Of a stretch of 64,000 nt of DNA, positions 1 through 12,515 are shown piece by piece. The first letter of the stretch is position 1; each line of letters opens with the position of its first letter. Source of the stretch: the human T2T-CHM13v2.0 reference genome, Homo sapiens. Made by a program: the position numbers and the translations under genes. Under the pieces are notes generated by a model. It was not told the origin of the DNA. It made no database searches and was given only the letters and a program-made list of their open reading frames with translations. The stretch lies in the NCBI RefSeq assembly GCF_009914755.1, contig NC_060925.1, one strand, 5' to 3'.

Positions 1-81
1 TGAACTCCTGGGCTCAAACGGTCCTTCAACCTCAGCCTCCTGAAACAGTGGGAGTACAAGCATGAGCCCCTACACCTGGCC
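1..81 (-). mobile_element. Alu (old, J-like) 5' end, cut by the window edge
   Basis: tgaactcctgggctcaa...gagcccctacacctggcc is an antisense Alu left arm. Confidence 0.85.
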
Positions 82-344
82 TAAACAAGCCTTTTTGAGT
101 GCCAACTCTGTACTAGGCATCATGCTCTCCGGAATGTATTGGCTATTAATGGTCACAGCAACCCAGGGCTTGGTGATGCCGCCCGTACACCTGAAGGGCT
201 GCTGACCTCCAGTACAGCTTACCAGGATCAGCTTACTTCTTGTGAGACCCAGGCTGAGGCACTTCACCTCTCTGAGCTTCAGTTTCCTCCTCTTTAAAAT
301 GGGATGGTCATCACTACTTCATAATACATTTGGGAGGATTTCTG

Positions 345-717
<373 letters not shown>

Positions 718-1156
718 TAGTAGGCCTCCTCGGCCACCTCTACAAATGGTAATGTCATCTGCTTCTGGACTGGGTCCCACAAGCTCTAAGTCAGGAAGCT
801 TGATATGGCATCCGGGGCAGCAGGTAATGACGCTGTTCTTATCTGAACCCCCAAATTACAACGTAGGAGTTCTAACAAAGAGTTTATAATTGATGTGCCA
901 ATTTGTTTCTAATGGAACTCACCCAGTAGTACTAAAAAGAATCAGATCACATTTCATTATTAACACAATGAATCACCATACTCAAAATAACAAAATCACC
1001 CCAAATCATGATTTCCCTAAGAAACAGATTGGGGTAAGAGTATGAATAAAATCAGTCATATAACCCCCCACCCCCGTGGAAAACAGTTTAGCTGTTTCTA
1101 ATAAAATTGAGCACACGCCTACCTCGTAGCCCAGTAATTCCACTCCCTATTTAGTA

Positions 1157-1966
1157 CATTTGACCCTTGAACAATGTGGGGGTAGGGGTGCTGACCCCTC
1201 ACACTGTTGAAAATCCACATATAACATTTGACTCCCCAAAAACTTAACTAGTAATAGCCTACTGTCGACCAGAAGCCTTACTGATAACATAGTCAACTAA
1301 CACATATTTTGTATGTTGTATATATATATATGTTATATATTTTGTATGTTATATATATATATATAATATACTGTATTCTTACAATAAAGTAAGCTAGAGA
1401 AAAAATATTATGAAAATTCTAAGCTGGGCATGGTGGTGTGTGCCTGTAGTCCAACTACTTGAGAGGCTCAGGCAGGAGGATCACTTGAACCCAGGAGTTT
1501 GAGGCTGCAGTGAGTTATGATGGCCCAGTGAGCCTGGGCGACAGAGTGAGACATTGTCTCAAAAAAAAAAAAAAAAAAAAAAAAAGGAAAGCATAGGCCA
1601 GGCATGGTGGCATGCACTTGTAGTCTCAGCTATTTGGGAGGCAGAGACAGGAGGATCGCTTGAGGCCAGTTCAAGGCTGCAGTGAGCTATGATCATGCCA
1701 CAGCACTACAGACTGGGTGACAGAGTGAGACTGTGTCTCAAAAAAAGAAAAAAAAAGAAAAAAAGAAAATCACAAGGAAGAGAAAGCATATTCACTATTC
1801 ATTCAGTGGAAGTAGATTGTCATAAAGGTCATCCTCCTCGTCTTCACGTTGAGCAGGCTGAGGAGGAGAGGTTGGTCTTGCTGTCTCGAGTGTGGCAGAG
1901 GCAGAAGAAAGTCCAAGCATAAGTGGACCTGCTCTGTTCAAACTGGTGTTATCCAAGGGTCAGCTG
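1157..1966. mobile_element. Tigger2a/MER28-like TcMar DNA transposon containing two Alu monomers
   Basis: TA-flanked TIRs ta|catttgacccttgaaca...tgttatccaagggtcagctg|ta, with internal sequence typical of Tigger2a. Confidence 0.8.
1421..1767 (+). mobile_element. Two tandem Alu right-arm monomers (FRAM/AluJ-like), each with a poly(A) tail
   Basis: Units at ~1421-1585 and ~1596-1767, both ending gagac..tgtctc(A)n. Confidence 0.85.
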
Positions 1967-4879
1967 TATATACCTAAATGAGATGAATGCACATGTTCAC
2001 TGAAAGACAGGGACTAGAGCACAATGTTCACAGCAGCTTTGCCTGTCACAGCTCCAAACTGGAAACAACCCAAATGTCCATCAACAAAGAATGAGCAAAT
2101 AAATTGTGGGGTATTCATTCATACGATGGAATATGACGCAGGAATAAAAAAGAACAACAAGCTGCTGATAACACGCAGCATCATGGATAAATCTCAAGAT
2201 CATTACACTTTGCAAAATAAGCCAGACACCAAACAATACATACCCGACTGGTTTCACTCATAGGAACTTCAAAACCAGGCAAAACGAATCAATGGCAATT
2301 AAGTCAGGATCGCGATTGCCTATGGTGAAGGAAGGATATTGATGAGGACAGGACACGAGGAACTTTTTGAGTGGTAGTTACATGGGTATATGCATTTGAG
2401 ACATTCATCAAGCTGTACACTTAAGATCTGCATGCTTTACTGTATATGAGCTATACCTCGATTAAAAAAAGCTTCAAACATCCCTCCCCACTTTCTAATG
2501 GTTTGGCTTTGGGCAAGTGACCTGTCTGAGCCTCAGTTTCCTTTATCTCTGAAAGGGGGTGGTCACAGGGGTTGAGAGGATGTGCTGAGATAATTATAAT
2601 CCATGCAGCAGCCTAGCTCACGGTGGGCGCTTGGCAATGGGGGGCTTTGTTGATGTCATTCAGCAAGGCTCGGGCTGGGCCTTGGATGATCGGCAGCTGT
2701 GAGCGCAGCGGGGCCTGGCGTCTGCCCACAGATGTGGCTGGTGTGCCTAGCCGACGCTGCTCTGGATTCTGTGACAATCTGCAGCTTATCTTTCAAAGCC
2801 TATCTCCCCACCCATTTCTACACCTCAGCAGTCAGCCTGCACAGTGGGGACGCAGCAGGATCAGGATGTTTAACTTCTCTATATGCCAGCAAGGTTTGGT
2901 GAGAAAGACCTCCAAATACATAGTGATCAACTGCTCTGATCGAAATCTGGTAATGACTGAGTCCCTGCCCTGGGCCAGGCATTTTGCCAGGGAAGGAGGT
3001 GAGTGCAGCCGTGGAAAGATCGCACCAGACACCTGCCCTATGGACCTTGCAGCCTCTGGCAACAGATCAGACAGTCATCAAAGAATGAGCCCACAGACAT
3101 GGGGCAACTGCATCTTTCACAACTGCCAAAAGAGGCTGTAATGATTGGGTCTGGTAGGGAGGCCAGGGAAGGCTTCCTGGAGGAAGTGACACATAAGTAT
3201 GGACTGAAAGATGAGCGGGAGTTGACCTGGCTAAAAGGGAAGGGAGGGTGCACCAAGCTGGGGAACATCTTGGGCAAAGATCCAGTAGGAGTGTGAGTTA
3301 TTGGTGGTCAAAAGGAACCAGAGTGGCTGGAACTGAGAGCTCCATGAAGAGTGGGGCAGGGTGAGGCCAGGGAGGCCTGTGGGCTCCTCCTTGAGCCCCA
3401 CCCTGTGTGTCTTCACACTTGGAGCAACAGGAAGTCACTGCAGTGTGTTCTGCAGGGGGGAGATGAGATGGTGAAATTAGCCTTTTGCAAAGAATAACAA
3501 AACTTCCATGATCGACCACCTACTGTGGACCGTGGACCATGGACCATGTTAGGCCCTCCAATACACATCTCTAAATCCTGACCTCCTTCTGCACGGGAGG
3601 CCTCACCTCCACCTTTCAGGATGCAGAAGTCAGGTCACAAAGGTGTGAAGTGTGTTTTCTTCATGACCTTCCCACGAGGGTGTAGGGGAGCTGGGATTCA
3701 GACCCCGCTCTGAGGCCACATCCACACACTTCCCTCTGCACCCTCCTGACCTGTGACCCCCCGGGGGTGCAAATCTCTTAGGTTAGCCTTGCTTTCCCCA
3801 TTCCTGGAAGGGGGTTAGGACCAGCCCTGCCTCCCTCCTAGGGAGTGTTTTAAAGTCAGATGAAATAAAGGAAGAAGTGACAGGTGGTGAGAGCAGGAGA
3901 GTCCCTCAGTCCAAGCCTCTTCTTTTATAGAGGGGGAAACTGAGGCCCAGAGAGGGAGATTGGCTGGCCCCAGATCACACAGCCAAACTCGGGTTCTGCA
4001 TCAGCTGCTGCTTACCAGAAACCCAGGCAAACAGGGAGAACTGCCTTCTGCTCAGGGTTCAGTCACCGGACTGAGGGCCCAAGCAAGGCGGGCTCACGTC
4101 CTCTGTTCACTGTGGTCACAGCAGCTGTGGGCCACAGATAGCCCAGGCAAGGTTACTTGTATTAATAATGGCTGAAATTTATTAAGCCCTTTTTCTGTGC
4201 CAAAGCACTCTGATAAGTGCTTTTACGGAGTTATATTACTTAATCCTTGACATTGCCCCCAGGTGGTGAAGTGGCTTGCCCAAGGCCCGACTCAAAATCA
4301 AGGTCTGTTGATGCCAGACCAACTAGGCTGTTCCAGAGATTCTTTGTCATCCTGGTAGAGCAAATCGAGAGGGGCTTGAGATTCCTCAAATCCCAGCTGC
4401 CAAAGCCCTTGCACAGCCACAGGCAAGGGAGGGGGGCTCTGAGATGACTCACCCACCCAGCTGAGCAAAGCAAACACCTTGGGGTGGCATGTGGTCTGTG
4501 AGCTGGCATTGCCAGACCCCCAGTCATCAGGGACCTCTGCCAGCAGGGGCGGCCTGCAGGAGAGCAGGCAAGCGAGCCGTCGGGGTTCCTCTGCTGTTTG
4601 GGGACTCAGGTGCGACCTGTCTCCTCACCTGGAATGAACCCATTTGTTGGTGGCTTGAGCTCTAGAACCCATCGTGCTGTAGAGCGGAGCCGGTCTGCCT
4701 GGGGAAAAGGACAATGAAGTTGGGTGGCCCCACTCAGCCACTGATGAGCTGTGTGACTTTGGGCAAGTCACTTCACCTCTCTGTGCCTCAGTTACTTCAT
4801 TCAGCACCTGAAGATAATAACACACTGTGGTGGAGCTGTGTGAAGCCAGTAAAGAACCACATTTAAGGGCCTGGCAGGA

Positions 4880-5125
4880 TAGCATGGTAGCTGAGAACGA
4901 GTATGACTCTAGAACTGAATTTCCTAGTTCACATCCTGGCTCAACTTCCTGCTACCACTTGTGCAAGTTATTTAATCCTCTCTGGCCTTAGTTTCCCCAT
5001 CTGTAAAATGGAGCAAGTAATCTTATCGATTTCACTGGGTTACTGTGAACATTCAATGTGTTTCCACACGTGAAGCTCTTAATGCCTGCCACAGAGTAAG
5101 CACTCAGTAAGTTTGGCTGTTATTC
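4880..5125 (+). mobile_element. Near full-length MIR (representative of several dozen MIR fragments in the window)
   Basis: tagcatggtag...ccttagtttccccatctgtaaaatgg...gtaagcactcagtaa follows the MIR consensus. Confidence 0.8.
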
Positions 5126-5214
5126 TTAATATTCCTTCATCATACCCTGCCAACTTGCTTCCTGTCTCACTTTGGCTGCTGGGAAGCTCAGAGCAAACGT
5201 TGTTTCCTAATTAG

Positions 5215-5565
<351 letters not shown>

Positions 5566-5713
5566 TCTGGGTCCTCTTTTTACAAAAATTTGATTCTAAT
5601 GTCCTGAGATATATGTACATACATAAACACACACATATATGATATTAAAATAAAATAAATTATATAATTTATTTTAATTATAAAGTTTCCTCCAATTCTT
5701 TCTAGAAATAATA

Positions 5714-5793
5714 TTAGGTTGGTGCAAAAGTAATTGTGGTTTTTGCCTTTGAAAGTAATGGCAAAAACCAGAATTACTTTTGCACCAACCTAG
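5714..5793. mobile_element. MADE1 (Hsmar1-derived 80-bp MITE)
   Basis: ta|ttaggttggtgcaaaagtaattg...aattacttttgcaccaacctag|ta: two inverted TIRs, TA target duplication, 80 bp. Confidence 0.95.
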
Positions 5794-5860
5794 TAGAATG
5801 TATCGCATTTTATGAAAACCAACAAGGTAGGCTACACGTCATGGGCCCTCTTGTCTGTGA

Positions 5861-6207
<347 letters not shown>

Positions 6208-9100
6208 CCTTTTTACTTTCTGGCTTTGCTTTTGGCCAGCATGTTGGTGCCCTGGAAAAAAAGAGGAATGCAGGGCAGGGACTGGGATGTGCATTTCTTC
6301 TAGAACTCTCTACCCCCAACACTGCCTCACCCAGGTCTGGGCACATGATAAAGATCCACCAGAAACCTGGAAGTGAATTGAAGGATTCAGACCAAGGTGT
6401 TTGGTTCTGTGGGTGACAACAGGTGTTTCTTGGTTGTCTTGTGTCACAGATCCTATGTGACATCAGCTCCCATTGCCAGGGGAGCTGTCCCTCCTGGCTC
6501 CTCTTTGAGGGAAGGGGAAAGGAAGGTGAAGGTATTGGGCCCAGGATGGAGAGGGGAAGGATGCTGTCTCCTCCCCGTCCACAGGGTGGCTTATGTCTAC
6601 CGGAGCCATTCATTCATTCATTCGTTCATTCATTCACTCACTCAGCTGGACCTCCATTGGGTTCCAGACCCTATACTGGGGGCTGAAGATACTGAGATGA
6701 GTCAGCTGGTCCCTGCCCTCATGGAACACCTAGAAAGACATACGGACAAAAGGATGGGGATGAGGAGGGGATACATGAAGTTACCCTAAAGACGTGTGGT
6801 TTGACAAAGGACTTTCTTCTCAAATTTTGAATTTATTTATAGTAACAACTGTCATTCATTGAGTGCCAGCTGTGCACTCAGAGCTGTGCAAAGACCTTAA
6901 CCTGCATTATCTCATTAATAAGCCCCCAAGGCCCCCTGAAGAAGGCAGTTATATTCTTACTTGGCAGATGAGGAAACAGACCAGAGCAGGGATGTGACTT
7001 GCCCAAGGTCACACAGCAAGCAAGTGTCAGATGTGGAATTTAAAGTCCAGAATCCTTATCTCAACTTCTCCCATGGGCCACCTCTCTATGAAAAGAAAGG
7101 CAGTGGGGTAGTTTATATTGGGGCAGCCCTACAATCCAGGGAAGGTAGTGGCTGGGGCAGTAGAAGGATTTTCAGCAGGCAAGGGGCAGGGGGAGCAGGA
7201 GAGATGGGCTGGGATGGGTGCTGAGGCCCAGACCCTTCTGTGGCATCAGAGCTTTGCTCTCTTCTCTTTCTGGAGTCCTGGGTCACCAGAGCCAGACTTC
7301 TGATGTGCTTTAGTCCTGTGTTTACATGAGTGTCAGACGGAGCAGGCTCCAGGGGAACACGGAAATGGCATTAAATAACGCTGAATCACACAGTAAGAAA
7401 GTTCCCCTTCCCTTCTCCTCCGTGCCTGCTGATTACTCATGGAGAAAGTCTCTGTTTCCTGCCAGCATGTCTCTAACACCTCTCTGACAGCCCCTAATCT
7501 CCCTTTTCAATTGGGAAAAGCAGACTTCAAGCTCAGAACCTGCTAGGGAGCTGGAATGCCAGGACATCATCTTGTTTTCATCATGAATAGTTTAGCTTAT
7601 ATATTTTTATTTAACAAACATACAAATGGCACTTTCTAAGTGCTTTGCAAATATTACAAATATTTCATCCCCATTACGACTTTATGAGACAGGTGCTATT
7701 ATCCACCTTCCAGATGAGTAAGCTGATACACAGAGAGGTTGAGTAACCTGCCTGGGTCACACCTCCAGAGTGTCAGAGCAAGGACTAGGAATCCAGGCAG
7801 CAGGCCCCAGAGCCCATGCTCTTAAGCATCTCCCCAGACTACCTCTGATTCTCAGAATTGGTGCTGGCTCTCTTCTAGTTCCAGCAGTAGCCTGATTTTT
7901 TCCTTTACTGATGAATTTATTTCCATGAAAATAGGTGAGCCAATTTAAAAGTAAAGTGGAGTTCAAGTGGTTGTGTGGAAATAGCCAAAGTCCTAACAGT
8001 AGTTCAAGGGCTACTGAAGTTTGAAGAACACTGGTCAGTCCAAGCCCTTCATTTGGTGGAGGGGGATGCTCTGAAGAACAGAGAGGGGATGGGACCTAGC
8101 AGAGGTCACGCAGCGAGTGAGCCTGGAGGCTGCCAGGACAGATGGGAGCGCTCACCTGCCACCCACGCCCGTCTGCTTCCTGCACGCAGGACTGATGGGG
8201 CGCCAGGTGGCAGGAGCACAGAGGTGTGCTCACCTGCCCAGAAGTGTCCCGGTGCTGTAACAGGATCCCTGTTATCTCTGCTGTTCTGGGAACAGGCAGA
8301 TCTGAGCCCCGAGGCCCAAGCCCAAGTCAGCATTTTGGCCACTGCTGAGCTGACATCTGTTGTATGTCTTTACCTTGTCTTCCAAGTCTCAACAGAGCCT
8401 GAGTGGGGAGCTCTGTCCTCAGCCTGCTGGTCAGGGCTCACCTTCCCTACCTTTACGCCTTTCCAGAAGCTTTCACAGCCTCTGCCTTGAGAGATGCGAG
8501 CTGACCCTGGGTTCAAGTCCTGGTTCTGCCGTATACCCACTATGTGGCTTTCTTTAGGATGCTTAGCCCCTGCAAGCTGTGCCATCCTCAGGTAGGAAAT
8601 GGGGATGTACAAGATCAAAGACAGTGGGCTGGGAGGATCACCTGCCACACAGAAAGGCGGGAATGATGTCAGCTCCTTCTGGAGTCGCCTCGCTGCAGGG
8701 CTGCCTCCTTTGTCATGAAGGCCACCAGCTTTCTCCATGAGGGTCCTGGGAAGCGGAGAATGAATTAGGGCCATTGTCCCCATCATAGAGATGAGAATAC
8801 CCCAAGTTGGGGGCTGTCTTCTTTAAAAATCAGGCTTCGGTCTGGAGTTCCACCCTGTGCACAGTGACACCAGTCACAGGCTTTGGATTTGGGCGTTCAC
8901 TAGTTCCGTGTGGCCTTGGGTTGGTCATTTCTCCACTCCCAGCCTCAGTTTCTTCATCTGTCCAGTGAAACCATGCAGGGTTATTGTGAAACTTAAACAT
9001 GATGAGTGTTCTTGGAAATGTCTGACCTACTTCACAGGTGTTATTTATGATTGTTTTTATTCCTTGTGTAGGCAGAAAAGTGTGCAACACTCTAAAATTA

Positions 9101-9450
9101 CTAGGTGGGGTGGGCTCACGCCCATAATCCCAGCACTTTGGGGGGCCAAGGCAAGCAGATTCCTTGAGCCCAGGAGTTCAAGACCAGTCTGGGAAACACG
9201 GCGAAAACCCATCTCTACAAAAATACAAAAATTAGCTGGGCATGGTGGTGTGCACCTGTTATCCCAGTTACTTGGGAAGCTGAGGTGGGAGGATGGCTTG
9301 AGCCCAGGAGGTTGAGGTTGCACCATTGCACTCCAGCCTGGGTTACAGAGTGAGACCCTGCCTCAAAGAAAGAATAATAATAAAATATAATAATAAAATA
9401 ATAAAATAAAATAATACAAAAATAAAATAAAATAATAAAATAAAATATAA
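9101..9450 (+). mobile_element. AluJ with (AATAA)n tail
   Basis: Sense Alu with a small right-arm deletion and TSD taaaattac. Confidence 0.9.
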
Positions 9451-9679
9451 AATTACCACGTAGTCAGGACATACAAGGGAATTAAAACCTGCTTTTTAGT
9501 AAGAGCCTCTGAAGAAGGCCTGAGCAGAGTTGGATCCAGGCTGATCTATATATTTGTATATAAAAATATGTGCATGTAAATACATTTTTAATATTTTAAT
9601 ATTATTTTCATGTATTTTAATATTTATAAAGTATATATTTATACTTACACGTACACACACACACATGCACACACACATA

Positions 9680-10028
<349 letters not shown>

Positions 10029-11678
10029 TAGGCATTGTGGTATGGAAGAAAGAGTGTGAGCTCCAGAGTTGGGCAACCCTGGATTTACAGGCCAGTTTTC
10101 CCAAATCTTGGCTGTGTGACCCTGGGCAAGTTGCTTTCACTCTCTGACCTTCAGGTGCCTCATCTGTAAAATGGGGGTCCCTTACCAGATTGTTATGTGG
10201 ATTAAATGAGTCACTGCACATCAAATGCTCGGCACACATCCTGGCCCGTGCTGGACACTTAAATGATGGCTCCTCTTGTCACATGATCACGAGGCACTGG
10301 GTCCTGCACTGGGCTGTCATGGTCCAGTCAGGTGGCTTTGGTGGATATCCAAAGTCAGTCGGTCCCCTGCCCTGATGGAGGAAGCGCAGGCACCAAGCCC
10401 AGTCTGGGTGGTCAGGGAAGGCTCCCATGAGCCGAGTCGGAAGGGAAGGCAAGGGCTGGCTAGGTGCAGAGACCAGCACAGGCACAAGCGTGGAGTGCGG
10501 AGTGGGAGGGGCCTTTTCCTTTGGCTGTGCCCAGGCTGCCTGTGGGGGAGAGGCAGGAGATGAGGCTGCTGAGTGGACGGGCCCCCTGGGGACAGTTTGT
10601 CGGGGAGCTTGACAAGGTTAAGGATCTTCTTTGGACATCCTTTCACTTTCTCTCAATAACCTGGTGTGGATCTATCATCCCAGTATTTATCTAAACCCTT
10701 GCTGGACCCATTTATATCCTCCGCCTCTCCAGCTTCTCGGCATAATGAGCTCCAGATGTGGTGAAAGGGCCTTCCCCAAACCTCTGCCTCAAGCCGGGAG
10801 GGTGCTGGGATTGCAGGGATGAGTCTTCGTTCACCAAAAGACAGGAAGGCCTTAGAGCCTGCAACTCAACCTTAGCTTCACCCTTACACAGGCCCAAGAC
10901 ACTTAGATTCGTGATCCCCTGGGGTTCCAGGCCGCTGTAAGGACCCCAAATCCTGGGCCTGAGTGTTCTGTGGGCTCCTTAAGGGGCACCTCAGAGACAC
11001 TGGACCCTCTGTGGCCACCCCAGGAGTGAGACAGGCAGCCAGGAAGCTTTCAGCCCATGGAGATAGCAGAAATGTCCCCAAACCAAACAAAATGGTGGCT
11101 CAAAGGTGCTCAGAAACCTCCCGTCTTGTGGTTCCCAGCTGTCAGTCTCAATTTCTACCATCTCAAGCCATGTTCTCACTGTTGTTCTACAAATGACTCA
11201 CTTTTCTATTTCCTGGGTAAATGTATGAAGACAGAAAGTCCATATCCCGCCATAAATAAAACACCAGCATCTCTTGACACCACAGAAGTTAACTGTAACT
11301 ATAAATACAACAGAGGCAGGACAGGGTGACCATGTCCGGCTCCAGCCTGGTGCTCACTCTTTGGCTGGGCTTCTGCAGAAGGGAGGACACCCGAGACCAG
11401 GGCTCAGGGGACCAGAGAGGGGCCCAGGGAGGGAGGCAAAGGTGGCGCGAGGTGTGCAGTGGAGCTTACCACTGCTGGGGCAGCTGGGGCTCGATCCCCC
11501 AGGCCTGGTACGGGGCCATGGAGAGCACACCTCAGAACTGCCACCCGCCCTCTCTTGTCAAGGCTGTTCATGGGGAGTTGCCTCCCCTACATGTGTCTGT
11601 GTGCCGTGTGTCAGGAGGCAGAGGCTCTTGCAGGCACTGGGCATCTTTGTGGCCCCAGAGCAGAAAAGAGAGGTCGAC

Positions 11679-12515
11679 AGGGGAGGTGAGAGGCAGGGGA
11701 AGGGAGGTGAGGGGCAGGGGAGGGGAGGTGAGGGGCAGGGGAGGGGAGGTGAGGGGCAGGGGAGGGGAGGTGAGGGGCAGGGGAGGGGAGGGGCAAGGGA
11801 GGTGAGGTGAGGGGCAGGGGAGGTGAGGTGAGGGGCAGGGGAGATAAGAGGCAGGTGAGGTGAGATGAGGGGCAGGTGAGATGAGATGAGGGGCAGGGAA
11901 GGTGAGATGAGGGACAGGGGAGGTGAGGTGAGGGTCAGGGGAGGTGAAGGGCAGGTGAGGTGAGATGAGGGGCAGGGGAGATGAGATGAGGGGCAGAGAA
12001 GGTGAGATGAGGGATGGGGAGGTGAGGTGAGGGGCAGGGGAGGTGAGGTGAGGGGCAGGGGAGGTGAGGGGAGGTGAGATGAGGGGCAGGTGAGATGAGG
12101 GGCAGGTGAGATGAGGGGCAAGGGAGGTGAGATGAGGGGCAGGTGAGGTGAGACGAGGGGCAGGTGAGGTGAGACGTGGGGCAGGTGAGGTGAGGGACAG
12201 GGGAGGTGAGGTGAGGGGCAGGGGAGGTGAGGTGAGGGACAGGTGAGGTGAGGGGCAGGGGAGGTGAGGCAAGGGTCAGGGAAGCTGAGGCGAGGGGCAG
12301 GGGAGGTGAGGTGAGGGGCAGGGGAGGTGAGGGGCAGGGGAGGTGAGGTGAGGGACAGGTGAGGTGAGGCAAGGGGCAGGTGAGGTGAGGCGAGGGGCAG
12401 AGGAGGTGAGGCGAGGGGCAGGGGAGGTGAGGTGAGGGGCAGGGGAGGTGAGGCGAGGGGCAGGGAAGGTGAGACGATGGGCAGGGGAGGTGAGGCGAGG
12501 GGCAGGAGAGGTGAG
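11679..12515 (+). repeat. Purine-rich minisatellite/VNTR, ~16-21-bp units (GGGGAGGTGAGGTGAGGGGCA and variants)
   Basis: About 40 tandem units are directly visible. It is the source of the spurious Pro/Ser/Leu/His and Gly/Arg/Glu ORFs. Confidence 0.97.

Larger units (their letters stand above)
1060..2470 (+). mobile_element. Old L1 (L1MB/MC-type) 3' end interrupted by a Tigger element
   Basis: cccagtaattccactcc, aaactggaaacaacccaaatgtccatcaac and ctgtacacttaagatctg...tacctcgattaaaaaa are L1M 3' motifs. Confidence 0.8.

Noticed and set aside
5714-5793. Calling the MADE1 a miR-548 gene
   Set aside because: Thousands of MADE1 copies exist, and expression cannot be inferred from sequence.
8198-8216. 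CTCF-like motif gcgccaggtggcag (others near 4252, 19428 and 56178)
   Set aside because: Imperfect matches are common in GC-rich DNA and cannot be supported without PWM or ChIP data.
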